Source of the DNA: an uncultured Collinsella sp.
GTDB lineage: Bacteria > Actinomycetota > Coriobacteriia > Coriobacteriales > Coriobacteriaceae
DNA: 64,000 nucleotides
Assembly: GCA_900544095.1 (NCBI GenBank)
Contig: UQTV01000006.1
Span: 32,184-96,183 of the forward strand
Reading direction: 5' to 3'
Positions 29,277-42,800 of the stretch are shown piece by piece. How positions within the stretch are numbered: position 1 is the first letter of the stretch; every line of letters starts with the position of its first letter. Both the position numbers and the translations under genes were made by a program. Below the pieces are notes generated by a model. That model searched no databases. It was not told the origin of the DNA and was given only the letters and a program-made list of their open reading frames with translations.

Positions 29277-30782
29277 ATGGCGAACAACCATATTGCGGGC
29301 GCTGCCGCCCGCACCGTCGCGCCCAGCGAGCTGTGCCAGCGTATGCTGGCTAAAACCAGCAAGGGCACCTGCGGTCCCTGCATCCTGTATCTTGAGGATG
29401 GGACCATTTTTTATGGCCGTGCATGCGGTGCCGAGGGTACCGCAACCGGCGAGGTCTGCTTTAACACGTCGCTCGAGGGCTACTTTGAGGTCATGACCGA
29501 CCCGAGCTATGCCGGCCAAATCGTAACCATGACCTATCCGCAGATCGGCAACTACGGCATTGACGAGACCGATGTCCAGTCGGCCTTCCCCGGCGATACC
29601 GCTCGCCCCGCGAGCGCTCCCGCCATGCGCGGCATGGTCGTCCACGACATGTGCGCCACGCCTTCTAACTGGCGCTCGACCGTCAGCGTGCCGGAGTACC
29701 TGCGTGCACACGGCATCGTCGCTATCGAGGGCGTCGACACCCGCGCTCTCGTGCGCCACCTGCGCGACAACGGTTCCAAGATGGGCATAATCTCGACGGA
29801 GATCTTCGACGTCGACGAGCTTGCCGAGCGCCTGTCCGCCGCGCCTACGCTGGTCGGCGAGAACCTGGTCAAGACCGTGAGCTGCCCTGAGCCCCACGCT
29901 TTTGCCGCGAGCGACCTGCCCGCTACGCATGACTTTGCGCTTGCCCCTACCGCTCCTGCCCGCCACAAAGTGGTCGCCTACGACTGCGGCGTGAAGCGCG
30001 GCATCCTGGAGGGCCTGGTTCGTGCTGGCTGCAACCTCACCGTCGTGCCGTGGGATACACCCGCGCGTCAGGTGCTCGACATGAATCCCGATGGCGTCTT
30101 TTTGTCCAACGGCCCCGGCGACCCCGATGCCGTGGTGGAGACCTACGAGCAGGTGCAGCAGCTAATCGGCAAGGTGCCGGTTTTTGGCATCTGCCTTGGT
30201 CACCAGATGATCAGCTTGGCGTGCGGCGCCCAGATGGAAAAGCTCAAATTCGGTCACCGTGGTGGCAACCAGCCGGTTATGAATCTGGTCAGCCGCCGTG
30301 TGGAGATCACCGCGCAAAACCACGGCTTTGGCCTGTTGTTCCCCAGCTTGGGCAAGCTTGTCCCCGAGCTTTCGGGCGGCGAGACCGAGCACGCGGCCGA
30401 TGACGATCTGCGCGTCTGGGTGCGCCGCGGTATCGCGCCGGTCGTGATGAACGAGCGTTTCGGCCGCATTCGCCTGACGCATGTGAATCTCAATGACGGC
30501 ACCGCCGAGGGCATTCAGCTGCTCGATGCGCCGTGCTTCTCGGTCCAGTATCACCCCGAGGCATCGCCCGGCCCCACCGATGCCCATTATCTCTTTACCG
30601 CCTTTACGCGACTCATGGACGGCGAGGAGAACTATCTGGACATCGATACCGCCAAGGACCGCCTTGCCGGCTGGAATTTCGCCGACGATGGTTCCGCCGT
30701 TCTACCGAACGGCGGACCGGTCGACGCTGCGGCTGCATCTGGCACATCATCTTGCCGTTCTGCTTCGGACGCGCGGGCATAA
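29277..30782 (+). CDS. carA: carbamoyl-phosphate synthase small (glutaminase) subunit, with insertions and a C-terminal extension
   Basis: LEDGTIFYGRACGAEG, FNTSLEGYFEVMTDPSYAGQIVTMTYPQIGNYG, the GATase triad region GICLGHQ and QYHPEASPGPTD. Confidence 0.92.
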   Translation: MANNHIAGAAARTVAPSELCQRMLAKTSKGTCGPCILYLEDGTIFYGRACGAEGTATGEVCFNTSLEGYFEVMTDPSYAGQIVTMTYPQIGNYGIDETDVQSAFPGDTARPASAPAMRGMVVHDMCATPSNWRSTVSVPEYLRAHGIVAIEGVDTRALVRHLRDNGSKMGIISTEIFDVDELAERLSAAPTLVGENLVKTVSCPEPHAFAASDLPATHDFALAPTAPARHKVVAYDCGVKRGILEGLVRAGCNLTVVPWDTPARQVLDMNPDGVFLSNGPGDPDAVVETYEQVQQLIGKVPVFGICLGHQMISLACGAQMEKLKFGHRGGNQPVMNLVSRRVEITAQNHGFGLLFPSLGKLVPELSGGETEHAADDDLRVWVRRGIAPVVMNERFGRIRLTHVNLNDGTAEGIQLLDAPCFSVQYHPEASPGPTDAHYLFTAFTRLMDGEENYLDIDTAKDRLAGWNFADDGSAVLPNGGPVDAAAASGTSSCRSASDARA

Positions 30783-30880
30783 GCCCAGCGCGCCCTCGCA
30801 TCACGGCAACCTGATGCACCAGCTGCACCCTCGCTGACTTTTCCAAAACATTGAGTCAGCCTCTCTAGGAGGTTTTAAAC

Positions 30881-34195
<3,315 letters not shown>

Positions 34196-34207
34196 GTTGA
34201 GCTGTCC

Positions 34208-34291
34208 GGCCGGGGCGGGAGGCGGACACTTTCTCTCGGAAACTGGGCTTCGCGAAGTTTTCCGAGAGAAAGGACCGCCTCCCGCCCGGCC
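34208..34291. repeat. 84-bp imperfect palindromic element (family shared with 39455-39525)
   Basis: GGCCGGGGCGGGAGGCGGACACTTTCTCTCGGAAA pairs with TTTCCGAGAGAAAGGACCGCCTCCCGCCCGGCC around a CTTCGCGAAG centre. Confidence 0.8.
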
Positions 34292-34365
34292 TGCGGTGAC
34301 TCGGTAGCACCGTGTGCTGCCGAAGGGGCTTTGCGCGATGACTAGGGCTGAAAAAGAAAGTGAGT

Positions 34366-34406
34366 GTGGGCGCCGTCGTTCGTTTGAACGACGGCGCCCA
34401 CGTTTT
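34366..34406. terminator. bidirectional terminator between carB and the GntR gene
   Basis: A perfect 16-bp stem GTGGGCGCCGTCGTTC / GAACGACGGCGCCCAC, flanked by an A-run upstream and GTTTT downstream. Confidence 0.75.
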
Positions 34407-34410
34407 GGAT

Positions 34411-35193
34411 TTATTGGGCTGTGGCGGTGAAGGTTGTTTTGTCGGCGGCGATGTGCACGTGCAACTTTGCCTGACCGTCACAGCTGATGAGCACGCCTAC
34501 CTCGAACGGGGTTCCCGTCTTGTCGTAGGTCGAACGCACGATGCGCATCGCCGCCTTACCGGTGTTCTGTCCCAAAAGGCGCGCCTCATGCTTGTCGAGG
34601 TTGACCGTCTCGTAGACGGCATCGACGCTTGCGGGCAGGATGCCGGTCTTTTCCGCGATGTAGGCGTAGAGCGAGCCATCCACGTCTTTGCGTGTGAGCT
34701 CGGGGCAAAGTGACACGGGGATATAGACGTAGTTGAGCTCCATGGGTTTGTCGTTGGCGAGACGCAGGCGGCGAATCTCCCAGACGGGTGTCCCTTCGGG
34801 CACTTTGAGCCCAGAGGCGATGCCGCGGACGGCCGGTATGCTTGAAAAGGCGAGAATCTGCGAGCTCGGAACCCGTCCCGCTTCGCGCATCCGCGCGCTG
34901 AAATTCAGGGCCAGGTCGATGCCGGGTGCTGAGGTTTGGGGCTTGATGAACGTGCCCTGCCCACGTTTGCGCACCACGCGCCCCTCGATGACGAGATCTT
35001 GGAAGCAACGGCGCACGGTCGCGCGCGATAACTCCAGCCGCTCACAGATTTCGAGCTCGCGTGGCAGCGGCGTCTTGGTGTCGAACGCCTGGCTGGCGAT
35101 AAGCAGGGCGATTCGATGTTTAAGTTGGACATAGAGCGGCGTATCACCGCTGCGGTCGAAGGGTTCGGAGGCGAGAAACGAGATCATATCCAT
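34411..35193 (-). CDS. GntR-family transcriptional regulator, HutC/UTRA subfamily
   Basis: wHTH PLYVQLKHRIALLIASQAF, LPRELEICERLELSRATVRRCFQDLVIEGRVVRKRGQGTFI, and a UTRA-like C-terminal domain. The start was trimmed to MDMISF after a GGAGGT RBS. Confidence 0.88.
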   Translation of the reverse strand: MDMISFLASEPFDRSGDTPLYVQLKHRIALLIASQAFDTKTPLPRELEICERLELSRATVRRCFQDLVIEGRVVRKRGQGTFIKPQTSAPGIDLALNFSARMREAGRVPSSQILAFSSIPAVRGIASGLKVPEGTPVWEIRRLRLANDKPMELNYVYIPVSLCPELTRKDVDGSLYAYIAEKTGILPASVDAVYETVNLDKHEARLLGQNTGKAAMRIVRSTYDKTGTPFEVGVLISCDGQAKLHVHIAADKTTFTATAQ

Positions 35194-35367
35194 GGGGTAC
35201 CTCCATGTCGTGAGCATACGTGACATGGTCTGACACTGCGGGACAAACCGGTGATGTCAGGCCCGATTCTTGTTGGTATGTATGGTACATAAGGAACATA
35301 AAACATTTATCAGGCAATCTACCTGATATTTTAAAAATAATTAGAAGAAAAAATAATTTAGGCACAA

Positions 35368-35415
35368 AAATAGTTGCTACCGTTAACCGACGAATAGTTG
35401 CCGTTCGCAACTATT
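35368..35415. promoter_or_regulatory. candidate operator: AATAGTTGC x2 direct plus an inverted copy
   Basis: The motif occurs at 35368-35377 (AAATAGTTGC) and 35393-35401, and GCAACTATT at 35407-35415 forms AATAGTTGC-N5-GCAACTATT. It lies in the AT-rich divergent GntR/PTS promoter region. Confidence 0.45.
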
Positions 35416-35501
35416 TTCTTGTACCGAACATGCCCCGGCGCAACAATAATCTCAGCAAAAAACAAAGCCGTGCGACACACGGCAGGTCGAGAGGAGACCG
35501 C

Positions 35502-35936
35502 ATGCGGTATCTGGTAATGGTCAGTCACGGAACGCTCGCTCCCGGACTGCACAGTGTCCTCAAGATGCTCGGCAATGACGCCCCGAACATCTTGTCGACG
35601 AGTCTCGTGGACGGCATGGGCGCTGACGAGTATGTCGAGAACGTCAAAGCGACGCTCGCTCCTGTTAACGCCGATGATGAGGTTGTCCTGCTCGGTGATA
35701 TCCTGGGCGGATCGCCGCTCACCAATGCCATGAACACGCTGGCCGAGAAGGGCCTGCTCGCCCACACCATTGCCTTCGGCGGCATGAACCTGCCCATGGC
35801 TATGACCGCCATGATGGGGCTTGCCACCATGGACCTGGATTCTCTCAAGCAGATGATGCTGCAGGAGGGCAAGAACGGTATGTCCGAGCTTGTGGTCCCG
35901 ACCGATGACGCCGACGACGAGGACGACGACATCTAG
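35502..35936 (+). CDS. PTS mannose/fructose/sorbose-family EIIA component
   Basis: MRYLVMVSHGTLAPGL (His in SHG), LLGDILGGSP and an acidic tail. The start was trimmed from the track ORF (35220) to the Met after GAGGAG. Confidence 0.85.
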   Translation: MRYLVMVSHGTLAPGLHSVLKMLGNDAPNILSTSLVDGMGADEYVENVKATLAPVNADDEVVLLGDILGGSPLTNAMNTLAEKGLLAHTIAFGGMNLPMAMTAMMGLATMDLDSLKQMMLQEGKNGMSELVVPTDDADDEDDDI

Positions 35937-36019
35937 GCCGCACCAAGGTTTCATCTAGCTGCAAACGTTAGGAAGAAGAGGCCGCGACCGCGGGCCTCAT
36001 GAAGGAAAGGGGAGAACGT

Positions 36020-36508
36020 ATGATTTCGTTCATCCGTATTGACGACCGTATGATCCATGGACAGACCGTTACCCGTTGGGCCCTCGAGTATCCCTGCGAC
36101 GGTCTTATCGCCGTCAACGACGCCGCGGCGTCCAACCCCGTGCTCAAGGAGGCCTACAAGAGTGCCTCGGGCAAGAAGACGTTCGTGTGGACCAAGGAGC
36201 ACTTCAAGGAGGTCTCCGAGAAGGTTCTCAAGTCCAACACCAAGTACTTCCTGATCACCAAGAACCCGCTCGACATGAAGGAACTTCTCGTCGATTTTGG
36301 CTTTAAGCCCGGCATGGACCGCATCATCGTCGGCCCCTGCAACGACCGTCCCGGCGCCACCAAGCTCGGCAACAACCAGTCGATCACGCAGGAAGAGGCC
36401 CAGGCGCTCGAGGATCTCACCAACGCCGGCTACACGGTCGAGTTCGCCCTTATCAAGGAGAAATCCATTGGTGAGTGGCCCAAGTTCCGCGGTCAGTTTG
36501 GCTTCTAG
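36020..36508 (+). CDS. PTS mannose-family EIIB component
   Basis: MISFIRIDDRMIHGQTVTRW carries the phospho-His motif of EIIB-Man. Confidence 0.88.
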   Translation: MISFIRIDDRMIHGQTVTRWALEYPCDGLIAVNDAAASNPVLKEAYKSASGKKTFVWTKEHFKEVSEKVLKSNTKYFLITKNPLDMKELLVDFGFKPGMDRIIVGPCNDRPGATKLGNNQSITQEEAQALEDLTNAGYTVEFALIKEKSIGEWPKFRGQFGF

Positions 36509-36579
36509 TTAGGCGCCAGCTGCATTTTGGTACCTACAGCCCTGGGGAAAGGGGCTGAGGAATAAAGAAAGGGGAAAGC

Positions 36580-37437
36580 ATGGCAATCAATGCATTCCAA
36601 GCCGCGCTGTTCGGCCTGTTCGCCTGCCTGGCATCACTGCCTGGCATGGGCGGCACGACGATCGGCAACTACACTCTGGGTCGTCCTCTGGTCGCCGGCC
36701 TCATCGTCGGCATCATCATGGGCGATATGCAGACGGGCATCCTCGTCGGCGCTGCCATCCAGGTTGTCTACATCGCTCTCGTGACCCCCGGCGGAACCGT
36801 CTCCGCCGACGTCCGCGCCGTGTCCTATATCGGCATCCCGCTGGCGATCCTCGCCATCAAGAACTCGGGCATCGATCCCGCCTCTGCTGAGGCTGCCGGC
36901 ATGGCCGCATCCCTCGGTGCCGCCGTCGGCACGCTCGGCACTGTGCTCTTCTATGGCACCGCCACCATTAACCTGGTGTGGCAGGGCATGGGCTGGAAGT
37001 GGCTCGAGAAGGGCGACCTCCACAAGCTCTACCTGGTCAACAACGTTCTGCCTTGGATCGGTCACATCGTCTGCTCGTTCCTCCCGACGTTCATCATCAC
37101 CATGGGCGGCACCGCCATGGTCGACCTTATGAAGACCTACATGCCCATGGACGGCATCGCGATGAAGACGCTGTTCACCGTCGGCTCGCTGCTGCCTACC
37201 GTCGGTATCGCCATCCTGCTCAAGCAGGTCATCTCCAAGCCGACGGACTTCCTCACGTTCTTCTTCGGCTTCACCCTGTCCGCTGTCATGGGATGCAACC
37301 TGATTGCCGCCGCCGGCATCGGCTGCTTCTTCGCCCTGATCAACTATGAGATCGCTTCGCTCAAGATCGACCTCGCAAACGCTCCCAAGGCAGCTATCGC
37401 CTCGGGCTCCGATGATGAGGAAGAGGAGGACATCTAA
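36580..37437 (+). CDS. PTS mannose-family EIIC component
   Basis: 285-aa polytopic protein with a position and hydrophobic pattern typical of EIIC-Man, and an acidic C-terminal tail. Confidence 0.85.
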   Translation: MAINAFQAALFGLFACLASLPGMGGTTIGNYTLGRPLVAGLIVGIIMGDMQTGILVGAAIQVVYIALVTPGGTVSADVRAVSYIGIPLAILAIKNSGIDPASAEAAGMAASLGAAVGTLGTVLFYGTATINLVWQGMGWKWLEKGDLHKLYLVNNVLPWIGHIVCSFLPTFIITMGGTAMVDLMKTYMPMDGIAMKTLFTVGSLLPTVGIAILLKQVISKPTDFLTFFFGFTLSAVMGCNLIAAAGIGCFFALINYEIASLKIDLANAPKAAIASGSDDEEEEDI

Positions 37438-38264
37438 TGGCAGAGAAGAAGAAACTCTCTAAGAAAACGCTTGCCAAGTCGTTCCGTAACTGGTCCTATG
37501 GCAACCTGACCTGCTTCTCGCAGGAGCACATGCAGACCTTCGGTTACCTGTGCGCCATGCTTCCGATCGTCGAGGAGCTCTACGACACGCCCGAGGAGCA
37601 GAAGCAGGCCCTCCAGACCTACTCCGCGTTCTTCAACACCGAGCCGCAGATCGGCACCATGATTGTCGGCGTCACCGCCGGCCTCGAGGAGGCTCGCGCA
37701 AACGGCGAGGCCATCGACGACGACGCCATCAACGGCATCCGCGCCGGCCTCATGGGCCCGCTCGCCGGCCTTGGCGACTCGCTGATCGTCGGTACCCTGA
37801 TCCCGATCCTGCTCGGTATCGCCCTCGGTCTCTCGACCGGCGGCTCCCCGCTCGGCGCTATCTTCTATATCGTCGTGTGGAACCTGCTCATGTACCTCGG
37901 CATGCGCTTTGCCTACAACCAGGGCTATGAGCTCGGCGGCAAGGCAGTCGAGGCCCTCGTCGGCCCCAAGGCAAAGGCTCTTCGCGATTCCATCGTGATG
38001 GTCGGTACCATGGTCATCGGTGCAGTCGGTGCTACCTGGGTCTCCATCACCTGCAGCCCCAACCTGGTGCTGCCCGGTGGCGGTAAGTTCCAGGACACGC
38101 TCGATGGCATCTATCCGCACCTGCTGCCGATGGTCTTCATCATCTTCTGCTGGTACATGATGACCAAGAAGAAGGTCAACCCCATCGTTATGATGCTGAT
38201 CCTCGTTGTGATCGCATTTGTGGGCGTTGTTATTGGCTTCTTCGACCCGGCGCTGAGCTACTAG
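37437..38264 (+). CDS. PTS mannose-family EIID component
   Basis: FRNWSYGNLTCFSQEHMQTFGYLCAMLP, FFNTEPQIG, AGLMGPLAGLGDSL. TAATG overlap with IIC. Confidence 0.88.
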   Translation: MAEKKKLSKKTLAKSFRNWSYGNLTCFSQEHMQTFGYLCAMLPIVEELYDTPEEQKQALQTYSAFFNTEPQIGTMIVGVTAGLEEARANGEAIDDDAINGIRAGLMGPLAGLGDSLIVGTLIPILLGIALGLSTGGSPLGAIFYIVVWNLLMYLGMRFAYNQGYELGGKAVEALVGPKAKALRDSIVMVGTMVIGAVGATWVSITCSPNLVLPGGGKFQDTLDGIYPHLLPMVFIIFCWYMMTKKKVNPIVMMLILVVIAFVGVVIGFFDPALSY

Positions 38265-38286
38265 TCATCATCCTTTGACCCCCTTT

Positions 38287-38324
38287 AAGGCCGTGCGGCC
38301 TCAACCGCACGGCCTTCTGATTTT
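38287..38324 (+). terminator. rho-independent terminator after the PTS operon
   Basis: AAGGCCGTGCGG-CCTCAA-CCGCACGGCCTT followed by CTGATTTT. Confidence 0.7.
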
Positions 38325-38460
38325 ACGCCGCCCTTCAAGGGCAATATGGCCAGCGACCTCCATCGCCTACACGACACCCGCTATATTGCTCTTGAAAGAT
38401 GACGTATTCGATAAACGATGTACTTGCACATGATGCACGCTATGCACGAGGAGGACCCAT

Positions 38461-38787
38461 ATGCACGAGAAACACGGACACGACCTTTCGCGCGACGACT
38501 TGATCCGCGAGGCAAAGATGCAGACCGATGCTATTCAGCGGCTCAACGTTTGGCTGCGCCTGGGCTATTCGCTCGTGGCTATTGGCTTTTTGGTGGGGAT
38601 GTGGGGTATGCAGGGCGGTCCCGGCTGGGGCGTCCCCGCGGGCATCGTGTGCCTGGTGGTGGGCACTCCGCTTTCGATTGTGCTTAAGGTTGGCACGACC
38701 AACGCCAAAAAGAATGTTGAGCGTATGCTCGAGGCCGCGGGTATCGACGTTGAGGAGCTTATGCGACGCAAGAAGGACGAGCAATAG
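38461..38787 (+). CDS. hypothetical small membrane protein
   Basis: 108 aa after a strong GAGGAGG RBS, with two hydrophobic helices. No family recognised. Confidence 0.55.
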   Translation: MHEKHGHDLSRDDLIREAKMQTDAIQRLNVWLRLGYSLVAIGFLVGMWGMQGGPGWGVPAGIVCLVVGTPLSIVLKVGTTNAKKNVERMLEAAGIDVEELMRRKKDEQ

Positions 38788-38855
38788 ACTTCCGCGTTGG
38801 GGTATCATAAATAATTGTTGCGAATGTTAACTAATGTACGGCAAATGACGGTTTT

Positions 38856-39332
38856 ATGGCCCTTCTAGAGTTGCAAAGGACAATATCCCCAGTGGATTAC
38901 GATGACGTCGCTCGAAAACTGATTGTGTACTCACGTTCCCTTGCCAAGGGATCCTTGAGTGCTGCCGGCGGCGCCAGTGTGGGCGAGGCACCGGTTTTAC
39001 AGTATCTATCGGGTATTGACGGTGATGTCATTCCCTCCGAGATTGCCAAGAAGCTGAAATTCTCCCGTGCGCGCATGTCGCATATCTTGGATTCACTCGA
39101 GAGCAAGGGTTACGTTCAGCGCAGGACCGATCCAAACGATCGTCGGCGTGTGCTGGTGAGCATTACCGAGGAAGGCCGTGATTTCGCGGCGAAAAAAAAT
39201 GCCGAGAGTGTGGCATCGCTCTCGAAACAACTCTCAGCGCTCGGCGAGCACGATGCCCAGGAGCTCGTGCGCATTCTGAATAAAGCCTATAGCCTTACCT
39301 ATGATGCCGACGATTACCTGGACAATCTATAA
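38856..39332 (+). CDS. MarR-family transcriptional regulator
   Basis: LQYLSGIDGDVIPSEIAKKLKFSRARMSHILDSLESKGYVQRRTDPNDRRRVLVSITEEG is a typical MarR wHTH with its wing. Confidence 0.85.
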   Translation: MALLELQRTISPVDYDDVARKLIVYSRSLAKGSLSAAGGASVGEAPVLQYLSGIDGDVIPSEIAKKLKFSRARMSHILDSLESKGYVQRRTDPNDRRRVLVSITEEGRDFAAKKNAESVASLSKQLSALGEHDAQELVRILNKAYSLTYDADDYLDNL

Positions 39333-39454
39333 GGATAAAGGCAGACATTTGGGTGCATCTTGAAATGCACCCGGGACAGTTGTGCCCATTGACTACCGTC
39401 AGCATCTCATTCCAAACCAAATCAGCCAACGTACGGCATAGCAATCTCCGGTAG

Positions 39455-39525
39455 GTCGCAGGGCGGCGGTCGAGCTTTTCTCTCGGGAAACTTCGCGAAG
39501 TCCAGTTCCCGAGGGAAAGGTATGG
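39455..39525. repeat. degenerate, inverted copy of the 34208-34291 element
   Basis: CTCTCGGGAAACTTCGCGAAGTCCAGTTCCCGAGGG matches the reverse complement of 34233-34268 (CTCTCGGAAAACTTCGCGAAGCCCAGTTTCCGAGAG) with a few changes. Confidence 0.7.
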
Positions 39526-39834
39526 TCTGTGTAATACCAGATAAACAGTACATTTTTGCTAGATTGGTATTTGACTGAAGAACCAATTGGTATGGCTTAT
39601 TAAGCCCACCTTGCCGTTGACGCTCATTTTACTGCCGCTGGTGGACTTCCGAACTTGGTTGCGCAAGTGCTCCCATATATTGATATGACCTAGTAGGTGG
39701 CTATCTGGTTACCACCAGTTGGCCCCTTGGTAACGGGTGGCCTCATTGTGCGGAATGTACCGAACATCCCCGTTTGATACGTTTTCCCATGCTGCCGGGG
39801 GGCGTCCTCGGCATCTCGGAAGAAAGGAGACCAG

Positions 39835-42800
39835 GTGCGCAGGAATTCCATTTTTACGAAACGGTGGGTGAAGGGAAGCGCGGTCCTCGTTGCCACTGCA
39901 GCGACGCTCGTGTTTGCCAATCCCCAACAGGCGATTGCCACGCCACTCAAGGGCGTCGACTCAGCGACCGTGTCCCAGTCTGCCTCGAATGTCGTCGACA
40001 TCGATTTCGCTGACGGCATCAAGGGCCGTATTACGTTCCTCGAGGACGGTATTTTCCGTTATAACGTCGACCCCAAGGGTGAGTTTTCCGATTACGCCAC
40101 ACCGCGCAGTAAGTCCCACACGGCTAAAATCCAGGCTCAGCCCGATACCTCGGACACCTACAGCAAGCCGAGTGCGACGGTTGCCGACAAGGGCGACACT
40201 ATCGAGATCACCGGCGGAAAGGCGACCGTGATCCTGGACAAGGCGACCGGCAAGATGAGTATCAAGTCAGGCGACCGTGTCGTGGTTTCCGAGTCCGCGT
40301 CCCTCGACCTTGATAAGAAGGGTACCGTCCAGACGCTCGCCAAGGAGAAGTCCGAGAACTTCTTTGGCGGCGGCACCCAGAACGGACGCTTCCTGCACAC
40401 CAACCAGACCATCGCCATCTCCAACACGAACAACTGGACCGATGGCGGCGTTGCCTCGCCCAACCCGTTTTATTGGACGAGTGACGGCTACGGCGTACTC
40501 CGAAACACGTTTGCAGAGGGTTCCTACGACTTCGGTTCCACGGACTCATCGACGGTCACGACTTTGCACAGCGAGAATGAGTTTGATGCCTACTACTTCG
40601 TGGCGACCAACGAGGGCGCTTCGAACGTGGCAACCGAGATGCTGCAGGACTACTACAAGGTGACCGGTAACCCGGTACTGCTGCCCGAGTACGGGTTCTA
40701 CCTTGGTCATCTTAATGCCTATAACCGTGATGGCTGGTCAACGACCTCGGGTCAAAAGAAGTGGGAGACCAAGGGCAGCAAGTCCTCGAGCGAGAAGGGC
40801 GACGTTAAGTACGAGTCTGGCATGTCGACGGGCTACAAGCTCGACGGCACACTTGCGGCCGAGACGCTCAACGGTGAGGGCCCTACGGTTGATACCGAGA
40901 ACATGAAAGCGACCGATTTCGACCGCCAGTTCTCTGCTCGTCAGGTTATCGATGACTACGAGGACAACGACATGCCGCTCGGCTGGTTCCTGCCGAACGA
41001 CGGTTACGGCGCCGGCTATGGCCAGAACGGTTACTACAAGACCGGCGGCGTCAACTCCGACGGAGCGAGCTCGGCCGACCGTCTTAACGCTGTGCGTGCC
41101 AATGTCGACAACCTTAAGAAGTTCACCGAGTATGCCAACTCCAAGGGTGTGAGCACGGGCTTGTGGACCCAGTCCAACCTTGAGCCCGACAGCAACCCTG
41201 AGACCCCGTGGCATCTGCTTCGCGACTTCGACGCCGAGGTCAAGACGGGAGGCATCACTACCCTTAAGACCGACGTTGCCTGGGTTGGATCTGGCTACTC
41301 CTTTGGTCTTAATGGCATCAAGACAGCTTATGACACGGTGACGACCGGCGCTAACAAGCGCCCCAACATCATCACGCTCGATGGTTGGGCCGGCACGCAG
41401 CGCTTTGGTGGCATTTGGACCGGCGACCAGTATGGCGGTAACTGGGAGTACATTCGCTTCCATATCCCCACGTATATCGGTCAGAGTCTTTCGGGCAACC
41501 CCAACATCGGCTCCGACATGGATGGCATCTTTGGCGGCGACCCCATCATTTCTGCGCGTGACTACCAGTGGAAGACGTTCACGCCCTCTATGCTTGACAT
41601 GGACGGTTGGGGCACCTACCGTAAATCGCCCATGACGCACGGCGATCCCTACACAGGCATCTCGCGCTTCTACCTCAAGCTCAAGGCGCAGCTCATGCCC
41701 TATATCTACACGAGCGCGGCCTCGGCGGCCAACATCGACACGGGTAACGGCGATGCCGGCCTGCCCATGATCCGCGCCATGCTGCTTTCCGACAACTCCG
41801 AGTACGCCGCAAGCACTTCGACGCAGTACCAGTATATGTTCGGTGAGAACTTCCTAGTGGCACCGGTGTATCAGGATACCCAGGCAGATGAGAACGGCAA
41901 CGACATTCGCAATGGGATCTACCTCCCCAACTACGGCACCGACGAGAATCCCACCATCTGGATCGATTACTTCTCGGGTAAGCAGTATCGCGGCGGCCAG
42001 GTTCTCAACAACTACGAGGCTCCGCTTTGGAAGCTGCCGCTGTTTGTGAAGGCCAACGCTATCGTGCCGATGTACGCCGAGAACAACAACCCCGAGGCAG
42101 TGAGCGACACCAACACCAAGGGTACCGACCGCAGTCAGCGTATCGTCGAGTTCTTCGCCACCGAGGGCGACGGCACCTTTACGCAGTACGAGGACGACGG
42201 CTCCTCCATCGAAAACAACACGACTGAGGACGATTCCTACGGCACGATCGACAATATCTCCTACGGTGAGCATGTGAGCACCGTCTACAGCTCCAAGGCC
42301 GCAGGCGGCACCGCGACCTTTACCGCCGAGGCCTCGCAGGGCGGCTACAACGGCTACGACTCCAACCGCACCACGACCTTCGTGGCCAATGTGTCCGCCA
42401 AGCCCACGAGCGTCGTCGCCAAGAACGGCGGATCCGCACTCAACGTGGTTGAGGTCAACTCGCAGGAGACCTTTGACGCCGCGACCCCCGAGGCCGGCCA
42501 GGCGGTCTACTTCTACAGCAAGACCCCCAACCTCAACCACTACGGCAGCGATGCGGACGGCACCGAGGCCGAGCAGGGCGAGAGCTTCAACAACACCAAG
42601 ATCACCACGAACCCCAAGGTCTACGTCAAGTTCGCGAAGACCGATGTTGCTGCAGCGGCGCAGACGCTTGAGCTGGGCGGTTTCGTGAACGCCGACGCAA
42701 CGCTCACAGCCGATCGCCTCAACGAGAACCTCTCCGCACCCACGAACCTTGCTGCCCCCGAGGACGTCACGACCCCAACGAGCATCAAGCTCACCTGGGG

